DNA of 64,000 nucleotides from Anaeromyxobacteraceae bacterium (GTDB lineage Bacteria > Myxococcota > Myxococcia > Myxococcales > Anaeromyxobacteraceae), in NCBI GenBank assembly GCA_032654565.1, contig JAULAX010000018.1, positions 224,001 through 288,000 of the forward strand, in the 5' to 3' direction. The notes beneath the pieces are model-generated. The model was not told where the DNA came from, did not search any database, and saw nothing but the letters and a program-made list of their open reading frames with translations. Position 1 is the first letter of the stretch. Each line of letters opens with the position of its first letter. A program made the position numbers and the translations under genes. Shown here one piece after another: positions 52,272-64,000 of the stretch.

Positions 52272-53069
52272 ATGCGTCGTCTTAGCGCCGTCCTGCTCGT
52301 CGCCGTCGCCGTGGCGGGCTGCAAGAAGACCGAGCCGCCTGCCGCAGCGCCGGCCGCCGCCACCAACGCCATGGAGGCCCAGGCCGCGCCCCCCGCCTCC
52401 AACCTCAAGGGCAAGGTGCTGGAGCGGCTCGACGCGCCCCCCTACAGCTACCTGAGGATCCAGTCGGGCAAGGAGGAGCTGTGGGCCGCGGTGCCCAAGG
52501 CCGAGGTGGCCAAGGGCGCCGAGGTGACCGTGCTCAACGCCATGCCCATGGCCAACTTCGAGTCGAAGACCCTGAAGCGGAAGTTCGAGGTGGTCTTCTT
52601 CGGCACCCTGGACGGCCCGGCCGCCGCCGGCGCCGCCGCGCCCTCGCCCATGCCCGGGATGGCCCCGGCCGGCATGGACAGCACCCCCGCCGGCATGGCC
52701 CAGCAGCACGCCAAGGCCGCCCAGGGGCCGAGCAACGTCGGCGACGTCAAGGTGGCCAAGGCCACCGGCGCCGACGCCCGCACCGTGGCCGAGGTCTACG
52801 CCCAGAAGGGCGCCCTCAAGGACAAGCCGGTCACCATCCGCGGCAAGGTGGTCAAGTTCAACCCCGGCATCATGGGCAAGAACTGGGTCCACATCCAGGA
52901 CGGCACCGGCAAGGCCGACAAGCAGGACAACGACGTCACCGTCACCACCCAGGACATGACCGCGGTCGGCGAGACGGTGGTGGTCAAGGGCACGGTCCGC
53001 GCCGACAAGGACTTCGGCGCCGGCTACGCCTACCCGGTCATCGTCGAGGACGCCAAGCTGTCGAAGTAG
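52272..53069 (+). CDS. Lipoprotein with two OB-fold-like domains (NrfJ-related)
   Basis: Lipobox [55 protein letters not shown]. Confidence 0.65.
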   Translation: MRRLSAVLLVAVAVAGCKKTEPPAAAPAAATNAMEAQAAPPASNLKGKVLERLDAPPYSYLRIQSGKEELWAAVPKAEVAKGAEVTVLNAMPMANFESKTLKRKFEVVFFGTLDGPAAAGAAAPSPMPGMAPAGMDSTPAGMAQQHAKAAQGPSNVGDVKVAKATGADARTVAEVYAQKGALKDKPVTIRGKVVKFNPGIMGKNWVHIQDGTGKADKQDNDVTVTTQDMTAVGETVVVKGTVRADKDFGAGYAYPVIVEDAKLSK

Positions 53070-53181
53070 CCACCCGGCGCGGCGGCGGCAGGCGGGCGCT
53101 CACCTCCGGGTCGGCGCCCGTCCCGTCTCCAGGGCCCGGGCGGCGCCCGTCTCGTGGGACACGCGGTGTAAGGTCGGCGGC

Positions 53182-54693
<1,512 letters not shown>

Positions 54694-55184
54694 TCCCGCC
54701 GGAGACCGAGGTGCCCTCGAGGCGGAGGGTGATGACGCCGGCGGTGAGGTAGGGGGAGAGGTCGAGGTTGTACCGGCCCGCCGCCGGGATGGACGCGGGG
54801 TGCTGTTCGCCCGGGGGCGCCGGCTTGGTGTAGGAGGCGAGCAGGGCCGGATCCAGCGGCGAGCCCGACGGCGGCAGGACGGACAGCGTCACCGACTGGA
54901 TGTCGCCAAAGTCGCCCATGGCCGGGTTGGCGACCAGGGTCACGTCCATGGCCAGGAGCCGCAGGTCGAAGGTGACGTCCTTCTCCTTGATCAGGCTGAT
55001 CTTGTCGCCGAGGTCGAAGGGGATGTCCTTGCGCAGCGTCCCGCCGGCCGGCACCTCGGGGAAGGGGTAGCCCGTCGAGGTCATGACCACGCTGGGGATC
55101 TCGACCTCGGCGGTGAGCACGCCGCAGCCGGCCAGGAGGGCCAGGGCGGGGAAGGCGAAGTGGTGGACGCGCATGTTCGCCTCG

Positions 55185-56066
55185 CTAGAAGTAGAAGAGG
55201 AAGCCGAGCCGCAGGGAGGGGATCACCGCCCGGACGGTGGGGTTGCTCATGGTCACGGTCCACGGCTGGCCGGTGGCGGCGGGATCGGGCAGCGCGGTGG
55301 CGCTGCCGTGGAGCGTCATCCAGAACCAGGTGAGCCCGACCCCCATCGAGAAGGTGAAGCCGCGCGGCGAGCCGAACTCCAGGTTGAGGTGGCCGCTCAC
55401 GTAGTCGTAGGCCACCTTCTCGAGCAGCTGCGTCGGGTCGAGCCGGTCGCCGGGCTTGGGCTTGTAGAGGCTGCTCATGTTGCTGTGGAAGAAGTGGCCG
55501 GCGCTGGCCTCCAGGACCGGCGAGACGTACCAGCGGACCGGGGTGAGGGCGATGCCGCCCTGGATGCCGTAGGACAGGTAGTTCCAGGCCGGCCCGGCCA
55601 TGAGGCGGAGCGAGGGCAGGGGGCGGACCACCAGGTCGGCGGTGACGCCGTGGGGGACGCCGAGGCCGAAGCGGAGCCCGAGCTTCGGGTAGGGCTCCAC
55701 GGTGGGCGGCGGCGAGGGGGGCGCCGGGACCAGCGCGGCGGCGGCTGCGGCGGAGGAGGCGGCGGCGGCTGCTGCGGCTGGCGGGGCGGGCGGCGGCGCA
55801 CCGAGGGGCGGCTCGCCCGGGGGTGGCGGCGGGCCGGGGTCAGCGGCCGGCGGCGCGGGGGCAGGGGCCACCGCCGCCTGGTCGGCGGCCGGTGGAGGGG
55901 CCGGTGGCTCGGCGGCTGGAGCCGGCGGCGGGGCAGGCGAGGGGTCGGTCGCCGGTGGGGGCGAGGGTTCGACGGCCGGCGGGGGCGGCGGCTCCGAGGC
56001 CGGTGCTTGCGCCAGCGCGGGCGCGGCGAGCAGCAGGAGCAGGGCAAGGAGCAGGCGCGAGCGCAT
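55185..56066 (-). CDS. Pro-rich outer-membrane beta-barrel protein
   Basis: Signal peptide, Pro/Ala linker, amphipathic strands, C-terminal LRLGFLFYF. Confidence 0.65.
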   Translation of the reverse strand: MRSRLLLALLLLLAAPALAQAPASEPPPPPAVEPSPPPATDPSPAPPPAPAAEPPAPPPAADQAAVAPAPAPPAADPGPPPPPGEPPLGAPPPAPPAAAAAAASSAAAAAALVPAPPSPPPTVEPYPKLGLRFGLGVPHGVTADLVVRPLPSLRLMAGPAWNYLSYGIQGGIALTPVRWYVSPVLEASAGHFFHSNMSSLYKPKPGDRLDPTQLLEKVAYDYVSGHLNLEFGSPRGFTFSMGVGLTWFWMTLHGSATALPDPAATGQPWTVTMSNPTVRAVIPSLRLGFLFYF

Positions 56067-56197
56067 CGGACCTTTCGGGGCGTGGAGTCGCCCTGACCAT
56101 CGACCCCAGATCCTAGGGCTCCGGCCACCGGGAGCCAAGTCCCGTGGGTAGGGCCAGGTGGAGAAATCTCCCAGCTTCTGCGATAGACCGGGGCCTC

Positions 56198-56752
56198 ATG
56201 GCGCTCCCCTCCACGCTCCACCACTTCGATGTCGCCCTCTCCCACGTCGACCGCGGGCTCGACCTGAAGCTCGCCGTCAAGGCGGCGCGCCACCCCTCCG
56301 AGACCGCCGAGCGGCTCTGGCTCAGGCTCCTCGCCTACTGCTGGCTGTGGGAGGAGACCATCGCCTTCGGGTCCGGGATCAGCAGCGAGCCGGAGGAGCC
56401 CGACCTGCTGGCGCTCGGCCCCGACGGCTCCACCCGGACGCTCCTGGTGCGGGTGGGGCGCCCCGAGGTCTCCCGGGTGGAGAAGGATCTGGCCCGGGGC
56501 GGCGGGGCCCGGGTGGCGGTGCTGTTCGACGGTGAGCGGCGGCTGGAGGCCTTCCTCTCCGAGGCCCGGGCCGGGCGCCCGGAGCGGCTGGCCAGGGCGG
56601 AGCTGGCCGCGGTGCCGGCGGCGCTGCTCTCGGTGCTGGCCAAGCGCGAGGAGCGGCGGCAGAAGATCGGCCTGACCATCGTGGCCGACCACCTCTACTT
56701 CGACTTCGGGAAGGAGACCATCGACGGCCCGCTGGTCCGGGGCAGCGTCTAG
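56198..56752 (+). CDS. yaeQ: YaeQ family protein
   Basis: MAL.ST, ARHPSETAERL..RLLAY, EEPDL. Confidence 0.85.
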   Translation: MALPSTLHHFDVALSHVDRGLDLKLAVKAARHPSETAERLWLRLLAYCWLWEETIAFGSGISSEPEEPDLLALGPDGSTRTLLVRVGRPEVSRVEKDLARGGGARVAVLFDGERRLEAFLSEARAGRPERLARAELAAVPAALLSVLAKREERRQKIGLTIVADHLYFDFGKETIDGPLVRGSV

Positions 56753-56877
56753 CGCCCGGCCCAGGCCCTGCGCCGGCGCGGCCGATGGGGGCGGCGCGAT
56801 GGTTGACCCCTTCGGGGGCAAAAGAGTCGACACTTTTTGGTGACAGCGCCCCTGTACCCATTAGATCCGGGTGTATC

Positions 56878-56894
56878 TGGACCTTTTCGGTCCA
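56878..56894. promoter_or_regulatory. Palindrome upstream of suf operon, candidate Rrf2 operator
   Basis: TGGACC-TTTTC-GGTCCA in an AT-richer intergenic stretch about 58 nt before the regulator start. Confidence 0.55.
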
Positions 56895-56951
56895 TGATGC
56901 CTCCGCGACCACGGTCCATCGACCGCCGCCGCGGGGCCCGAGGCCGCCGCC

Positions 56952-57424
56952 ATGATCCGGATGAGCAAGCTGACCGACTACGCCATCGTCCTCCTCGCCC
57001 ACCTGGCGCGAGACGAGCGCACCCTGACCGCCCAGGCGCTCTCGGCCCGCTCGCGGGTGCCGCTGCCCACCGTCTCCAAGCTGTGCAAGGAGCTCTCCCG
57101 CGCCGGGCTGCTCCAGTCCCACCGCGGCCGCCACGGCGGCTACTCGTTGACCCGTCCCCCGGAGCGGATCTCGGTGGCCGAGGTGGTCGAGGCCCTCGAG
57201 GGGCCCATCTCCCTCACCGAGTGCGGCTCCCCGGGGGCCGAGCCCTGCAGCATCGAGCCCTCCTGCATCGCCAAGGGGACCTGGGATCCGGTCTCGCGCG
57301 CCGTGCAGACGGCGCTGCGGGCCCTGCCGCTCTCCGAGATCGGCCCCTTCCGGCTCGGCCGCGGCGCCCCCGCCGCGGTGCTGCCCGCCTCCGCCCCGAC
57401 CCACCTCCCCGTGGTGACCACGCC

Positions 57425-57428
<4 letters not shown>
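56952..57428 (+). CDS. Rrf2-family SUF system regulator
   Basis: [23 protein letters not shown], three Cys (TEC...PC...SC). Confidence 0.9.
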
Positions 57429-58860
<1,432 letters not shown>

Positions 58861-58864
<4 letters not shown>

Positions 58865-59649
58865 GCGGGGCGGTGCTGCTGGAGATCCGCGGGCTGCGGG
58901 CGCGGGTCGGCGACAAGGAGATCCTGAAGGGGCTGGACCTGACCGTCCGCGAGGGCGAGGTCCACGCCATCATGGGGCCGAACGGCTCCGGCAAGTCGAC
59001 GCTGGCCGGGGTGCTGGCCGGCCGCGACGCCTACGAGGTGACCGCCGGCTCGGTCCGCTTCGCCGGGCAGGACCTGCTGCCGCTGGCGCCGGAGGCGCGC
59101 GCCGTGGCCGGGATCTTCCTCGGCTTCCAGTACCCGGTGGAGATCCCCGGGGTCGGCAACCTCTACTTCCTGCGCACCGCGCTCAACGCCCTGCGCAAGG
59201 CCCGCGGCGAGGAGGAGCTGGACGCCATGGACTTCCTGGCGCTGGCCAAGGAGAAGATGAAGCTGGTCGAGCTCGACCCGGCCTTCGGCTCGCGCTCGGT
59301 CAACGAGGGGTTCAGCGGCGGCGAGAAGAAGCGCAACGAGGTCTTCCAGATGGCGGTGCTGGAGCCGAAGCTGGCCATCCTCGACGAGATCGACTCCGGC
59401 CTGGACATCGACGCCCTGCGGGTGGTCTCCGGCGGCGTCAACGCCCTGCGCAGCCCGGAGCGGGCCATCGTCATGGTGACCCACTACCAGCGGCTGCTCG
59501 ACTACGTGGCGCCGGACGTGGTCCACGTCATGGCGGGCGGCCGCATCGTCAAGACCGGCGGGCGCGAGCTGGCGCTGGAGCTGGAGAAGACCGGCTACGC
59601 CTGGGCTGGTGACAAGGCGCCGCTGGCGCTCACCGAGGCCCGCTCGTGA
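58861..59649 (+). CDS. sufC: Fe-S assembly ATPase SufC
   Basis: [40 protein letters not shown]. Confidence 0.97.
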
Positions 59650-60977
59650 CCGCCGGGGCCAGCCTGTCGCCGGCCTCGGAGAGCCTGGCGGCCGGCTTCC
59701 ACATCGGCCCCGACGACCCGCGCTGGCTCGGCGACCTGCGCGAGGAGGCGCTGGCCGGCCTGCGCACGCTGGGGCTGCCCACCACCCGCCACGAGGACTG
59801 GCGCTACACCAGCCTGGCCACCCTGGCGGCGCTGCGGCTGGAGCGGGCCCGCCCCGAGGACGGCGAGGCGGCGGCGGCGCTGCTCGACCGGGCCGGGAGC
59901 TGGAACGGCCCGCAGCTGGTCTTCGCCAACGGCCGCTACCGCTCGGATCTCTCGCGGACCCAGGGGCTCCCCCCCGGCGCCGTGCTGATCTCGCTCGGCG
60001 AGGCGCTGCGCGAGGTCCCGGACCTGGTCCACCCCCACCTCGGCCGGCTGGCCCGCGTCGAGCGCCACTCGCTGGTGGCGGCCAACACCGCGCTCTTCGA
60101 GGACGGCGTCCTGCTCCACCTGCCGGTGGGCGGGGCGGTGGCGCCCCCCATCCGCATCGTCCACCTCACCTCGCTGCCGGGGCGGGTGGTGGCCACCTTC
60201 CCGCGGCTGCTGCTGGTGGCCGGAGAGGGGTCGCTGGTGACCGTGGTGGAGCACTCCATCTCGGCGGAGGGGGTGCGGGCGCTGGTGGCCCCGGTGGCCG
60301 AGATCGTGCTGGCCCCCGGCGCCCAGGTGAACCACTACCGCTTCCAGGAGGAGGGGCTGGAGACCTTCGAGCTGGCCTCGCTCCACGTCGAGCAGGGGCC
60401 GGAGAGCCGCTTCACCTCGCACGGGCTGGCGCTGGGCGGGCAGGTGGCCCGGGCCGAGCTGCACGCCCGGCTCCTCGGCGAGCGGGCCGAGCTGACCGCC
60501 TCCGGCCTGGGCATGGCCAGCGCCTCGCGCATCACCGACGCCTTCGTCCAGGTCGAGCACGTGGCGCCGCACTGCACCAGCACCCAGACCTTCAAGACCG
60601 TGCTCGACGGCCGGGCCCGCGGCGTCTTCACCGGGCGGGTCCGGGTGGCCCCCGGCGCCCAGAAGACCTCGGCCCAGCAGTCCAGCTCCAACCTGCTGCT
60701 CTCCGAGGACGCCACCGTCGACACCCGGCCGCAGCTGGAGATCCTGGCCGACGACGTCAAGTGCAGCCACGGCGGCACCGTGGGGCAGCTCGACCCGACC
60801 TCGCTCTTCTACCTGCGCTCCCGCGGCCTCACCGAGCCGGCGGCGCGCAGCCTGCTCATCTACGCCTTCGCGGCCGGGATGGTGGAGCTGCTGCGCCCGG
60901 CGCCGCTGCGGGCCCACGCCCGGGCCCTGGTGGCGGCCCGGCTGCCCGACGGGGCCCGGCTGGTGGAGGCGGCGTGA
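59646..60977 (+). CDS. sufD: Fe-S assembly protein SufD
   Basis: EDWRYT, PQLEILADDVKCSHG, LFYLRSRG. Confidence 0.95.
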   Translation: MTAGASLSPASESLAAGFHIGPDDPRWLGDLREEALAGLRTLGLPTTRHEDWRYTSLATLAALRLERARPEDGEAAAALLDRAGSWNGPQLVFANGRYRSDLSRTQGLPPGAVLISLGEALREVPDLVHPHLGRLARVERHSLVAANTALFEDGVLLHLPVGGAVAPPIRIVHLTSLPGRVVATFPRLLLVAGEGSLVTVVEHSISAEGVRALVAPVAEIVLAPGAQVNHYRFQEEGLETFELASLHVEQGPESRFTSHGLALGGQVARAELHARLLGERAELTASGLGMASASRITDAFVQVEHVAPHCTSTQTFKTVLDGRARGVFTGRVRVAPGAQKTSAQQSSSNLLLSEDATVDTRPQLEILADDVKCSHGGTVGQLDPTSLFYLRSRGLTEPAARSLLIYAFAAGMVELLRPAPLRAHARALVAARLPDGARLVEAA

Positions 60978-62227
60978 GCCTCGCCACCGCGCCGGCGCCG
61001 GTCGCCCCGGCCCCCTTCGACGTCGAGGCCCGGCGGGCCGAGTTCCCGGCCCTGCACCAGCAGGTGTACGGCAAGCCGCTCTGCTACCTCGACAGCGCCG
61101 CCACCACCCAGAAGCCGCGCGCCGTCATCGACGCCATCTCCCGCTTCTACGAGCGGGACAACGCCAACGTCCACCGCGGCGTCCACGCCCTCTCCGAGCG
61201 GGCCACCAAGGCCTTCGAGGGGGCCCGCCAGACGGTGGCGAGGTTCCTCGGCGCCGACCCCCGCGAGGTGGTCTTCGTGCGCGGCGCCACCGAGGCCGTC
61301 AACCTGGTGGCCCAGACCTTCGGCCGGCGGCGGGTCGGCGCCGGCGACGAGATCGTGGTCACCACGCTGGAGCACCACTCCAACATCGTCCCCTGGCAGC
61401 TGCTGGCCGACGCGGTCGGCGCCCGGGTGGTGCCGGCCCCCGTCGACGACGGCGGCGACCTCGACCTCGGCGCCCTGGAGGCGCTGCTCGGCCCCCGGGT
61501 GAAGCTGCTGGCGGTGACCCAGGTCTCCAACGCGCTGGGCACGGTGACGCCGCTCGAGGCGGTCATCGGCCTGGCCCGGGCCCGCGGCATCCCGGTGCTG
61601 GTCGACGGGGCCCAGGGGGCGCCCCACCTCGGCGCCGACGTGGGGGCGCTGGGGGCCGACTTCTACGTCTTCAGCGGCCACAAGCTCTACGGCCCCACCG
61701 GCATCGGCGTGCTCTGGGGCAAGCGCGAGCACCTCGAGGCCATGCCCCCCTGGCAGGGGGGCGGCGACATGATCCGCTCGGTGACCTTCGAGAAGACCAC
61801 CTTCAACGACCTGCCCTACAAGTTCGAGGCCGGCACGCCGGACATCGCCGGGGCGGTCGGGCTGGCGGCGGCCATCGACTACGTGCAGGCCATCGGCCTG
61901 CCGGCCATCGCCGCCCACGAGGCGGCGCTGCTCCTGGAGGCCGAGGCGGCGCTGCGGGCGGTGCCGGGCGTCCGGCTGGTGGGGGCGCCGCGCCGGCGGG
62001 CCGGCGTGCTCTCCTTCATGGTGGGCGACATCCACCCCCACGATCTCGCCACCATCGTCGACCGCCAGGGGGTGGCCATCCGCGCCGGGCACCACTGCGC
62101 CCAGCCGCTCATGAAGCGCTTCGGGCTCCCGGCCACCGCCCGCGCCTCCTTCGCCCTCTACTCCACCAGCGCCGACGTCGAGGCGCTGGTCCGCGCCCTC
62201 CACGCCGCCATCCAGGTCTTCGCGTGA
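60974..62227 (+). CDS. sufS: Cysteine desulfurase SufS
   Basis: YLDSAATTQKP, EHHSNIVPWQ, SGHKLYGPTG, RAGHHCAQP. Confidence 0.96.
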   Translation: MSLATAPAPVAPAPFDVEARRAEFPALHQQVYGKPLCYLDSAATTQKPRAVIDAISRFYERDNANVHRGVHALSERATKAFEGARQTVARFLGADPREVVFVRGATEAVNLVAQTFGRRRVGAGDEIVVTTLEHHSNIVPWQLLADAVGARVVPAPVDDGGDLDLGALEALLGPRVKLLAVTQVSNALGTVTPLEAVIGLARARGIPVLVDGAQGAPHLGADVGALGADFYVFSGHKLYGPTGIGVLWGKREHLEAMPPWQGGGDMIRSVTFEKTTFNDLPYKFEAGTPDIAGAVGLAAAIDYVQAIGLPAIAAHEAALLLEAEAALRAVPGVRLVGAPRRRAGVLSFMVGDIHPHDLATIVDRQGVAIRAGHHCAQPLMKRFGLPATARASFALYSTSADVEALVRALHAAIQVFA

Positions 62228-62255
62228 CCGCGCCCCGCCCGCTGGAGGCCCGCAC

Positions 62256-62705
62256 ATGAGCGAGCTCACCGACCTGTACCAGGAGGTCATCCTCGACCAC
62301 GGCAAGAAGCCGCGGAACTTCGGCCCGCTGGAGGGGGCCACCACCTCGGCCGAGGGGCTCAACCCGCTCTGCGGCGACCACCTGGTGCTGCAGGTGAAGG
62401 TGGCCGACGGCCGGGTGCAGGAGGCCCGCTTCACCGGCACCGGCTGCGCCATCTCCCGGGCCTCGGCCTCGGTGATGACCGGCCTGGTGAAGGGGAAGAC
62501 CGCCGCCGAGGTGGAGGCCATGTTCCAGGTCTTCCACGCCCTGGTGACCGGCGGCCCCGGGGCCCACCCCGACCTGGAGGCGCTGGGGAAGCTGGCGGTC
62601 TTCGGCGGGGTCCACGAGTTCCCCACCCGGGTGAAGTGCGCCAGCCTGGCGTGGCACACGCTGCGGTCGGCGCTGCAGGGCGGCGCCACCGCCAGCACCG
62701 AGTAG
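62256..62705 (+). CDS. sufU: SufU (NifU-like sulfur acceptor)
   Basis: LYQEVILDH, NPLCGD, GCAIS, RVKCA. Confidence 0.93.
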   Translation: MSELTDLYQEVILDHGKKPRNFGPLEGATTSAEGLNPLCGDHLVLQVKVADGRVQEARFTGTGCAISRASASVMTGLVKGKTAAEVEAMFQVFHALVTGGPGAHPDLEALGKLAVFGGVHEFPTRVKCASLAWHTLRSALQGGATASTE

Positions 62706-62718
62706 GAGCACCGACGCC

Positions 62719-63276
62719 ATGGCCCGCGATTCGATCATCCTCATCCGCGACGTCGAGGCCACCTTCATCCCGCAGGGCGGGGTGGCGGTGGTGCCGGCCG
62801 GAACCTGGCTGGTGCTGCAGCAGTCGCTGGGCGGCAGCTTCACGCTGATGACCGAGCGCGGCCAGCTGGTGCGCGTCGACGGCAAGGACGCCGACGCCCT
62901 GGGGGCCAGGTACCAGGCCGAGGCCGAGGCGCTGGCCACGGTGCGGGCGGCGTCGCTGGAGGGGCCCTTCGACGAGCAGAAGATCTGGACCGCGATGAAG
63001 GACGTCTTCGACCCGGAGATCCCGGCCTCGATCGTCGAGCTGGGGCTGGTCTACTCGGTGGCCAGCGAGCCGGTCGAGGGCGGCCACCGGGTGCTGGTCC
63101 ACATGACGCTGACCGCGCCCGGCTGCGGGGTGGGGCCGGTGCTGGTGGACGACGTCCGGCGCGCCTGCCTCTCGGTGCCGGGCGTGAAGCAGGCCGACGT
63201 GGAGCTGGTCTTCGACCCGCCCTGGGACGTGTCGCGGATGAGCGAGGCGGCCCGCCTGCAGCTTGGGATGCTCTAG
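62719..63276 (+). CDS. sufT: Fe-S assembly protein SufT (DUF59)
   Basis: DPEIP..IVELGLVY, MTLTAPGCG, FDPPW...MSEAARLQLG. Confidence 0.92.
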   Translation: MARDSIILIRDVEATFIPQGGVAVVPAGTWLVLQQSLGGSFTLMTERGQLVRVDGKDADALGARYQAEAEALATVRAASLEGPFDEQKIWTAMKDVFDPEIPASIVELGLVYSVASEPVEGGHRVLVHMTLTAPGCGVGPVLVDDVRRACLSVPGVKQADVELVFDPPWDVSRMSEAARLQLGML

Positions 63277-64000
63277 AGCAGCCCGGCCAGCTCCCGCTTC
63301 AGCACCTTCCCCATGGCGTTGCGGGGGAGGGCCTCCACCAGCCGGACCAGCCGCGGTCGCTTGTGGGGCGCCAGGGCGCTGGCCACGTGGTCGATGAGCG
63401 CCCGGGGCGACGGCGCGGCGCCCGGGGCGGGGACCACGAAGGCGACGATCCGCTCGCCGAGGTCGTCGTCGGCGACGCCGATGACCGCCGCCTCGCGCAC
63501 CGCCGGGTGCTCGAGGAGCGCGGCCTCGACCTCGCCGGCCCCCACCTTGTAGCCGGCGGTCTTGATCAGGTCGGTCGCCTTCCGGCCGACGATGCGCAGC
63601 TCCCCGGCCGCCGTCAGCGAGGCGATGTCGCCGGTGTGGAAGAAGCCCTCGGCGTCGATGGCCGCGGCGGTGGCCTCGGGGCGGTTGAGGTAGCCGGGGA
63701 AGACGGTGGGGCCGCGCACGATGACCTCGCCGAGCTGGTCGGGGCCGGGGGCGAGGGGCCGTCCCCGCTCGTCGACGAGGCGGAGGTCGAGGCCGGGGAG
63801 GGGCGGGCCGACGGTGCCGGGCGTGCGCGGGCCGTCGTGGCGGGCGGCGGTGATGATCAGCGTCTCGGTGAGGCCGTAGCGCTCCACCACCCGCTGCCCG
63901 AAGAGCTTGAAGAGCCGCTCGCTCTCGCGCACCGGGAGGCCGGCCGAGCCGGAGACCAGCAGCCGGGCCCGGGCCAGGGGGCGGGCCTCCGCGGGGTGGG
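63273..64000 (-). CDS. Acyl-CoA synthetase (MatB-like), C-terminal part; 5' beyond window
   Basis: LVSGSAGL, ERYGLTET, FHTGD, GRKATDLIKTAGYKV, LPRNAMGKV. Confidence 0.88.
   Translation of the reverse strand, partial: HPAEARPLARARLLVSGSAGLPVRESERLFKLFGQRVVERYGLTETLIITAARHDGPRTPGTVGPPLPGLDLRLVDERGRPLAPGPDQLGEVIVRGPTVFPGYLNRPEATAAAIDAEGFFHTGDIASLTAAGELRIVGRKATDLIKTAGYKVGAGEVEAALLEHPAVREAAVIGVADDDLGERIVAFVVPAPGAAPSPRALIDHVASALAPHKRPRLVRLVEALPRNAMGKVLKRELAGLL

Noticed and set aside
55730..56000. Low-complexity GC repeats as DNA elements
   Set aside because: They encode the Pro/Ala linker of the OM protein

Overview
Very GC-rich bacterial DNA whose gene content suggests an Anaeromyxobacter-like myxobacterium (inference from the gene families, not from a database search). 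The core genes are gltB (3' part)-gltD, a PlsB-like acyltransferase, a PilT paralogue, a Hyb-type [NiFe] hydrogenase operon (hybO-A-B-C) with an FNR-like box, a HelD-like helicase, tpx, an ABC-F ATPase, P5C dehydrogenase, a sigma54 two-component system facing a HlyD/ABC exporter operon, recQ, yaeQ and a complete Rrf2-sufBCDSUT operon. The region at about 10.4-22.4 kb is a cell-envelope island. Its best candidate for an undescribed system is an ECF sigma / zinc anti-sigma / exported caspase-like protease with a C-terminal beta-barrel / RCC1-repeat lipoprotein operon. The same K-G(G/A) motif occurs in the anti-sigma stalk and at both domain junctions of the protease, which suggests protease-triggered trans-envelope signalling, and a promoter-like motif is shared between this operon and the upstream DUF5666-like lipoprotein. 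The island also holds a three-gene phage-fibre-like adhesin module, an ice-binding-like lipoprotein and a deleted paaK remnant. Two further accessory nuclease loci carry DNA repeats: an AAA_14/DUF4143-like ATPase with 3x23-bp tandem repeats, and an HNH gene with 46-bp hairpin direct repeats and a PafBC-like leaderless promoter. No rRNA, tRNA or CRISPR array was seen. All domain calls come from recognising motifs by eye.
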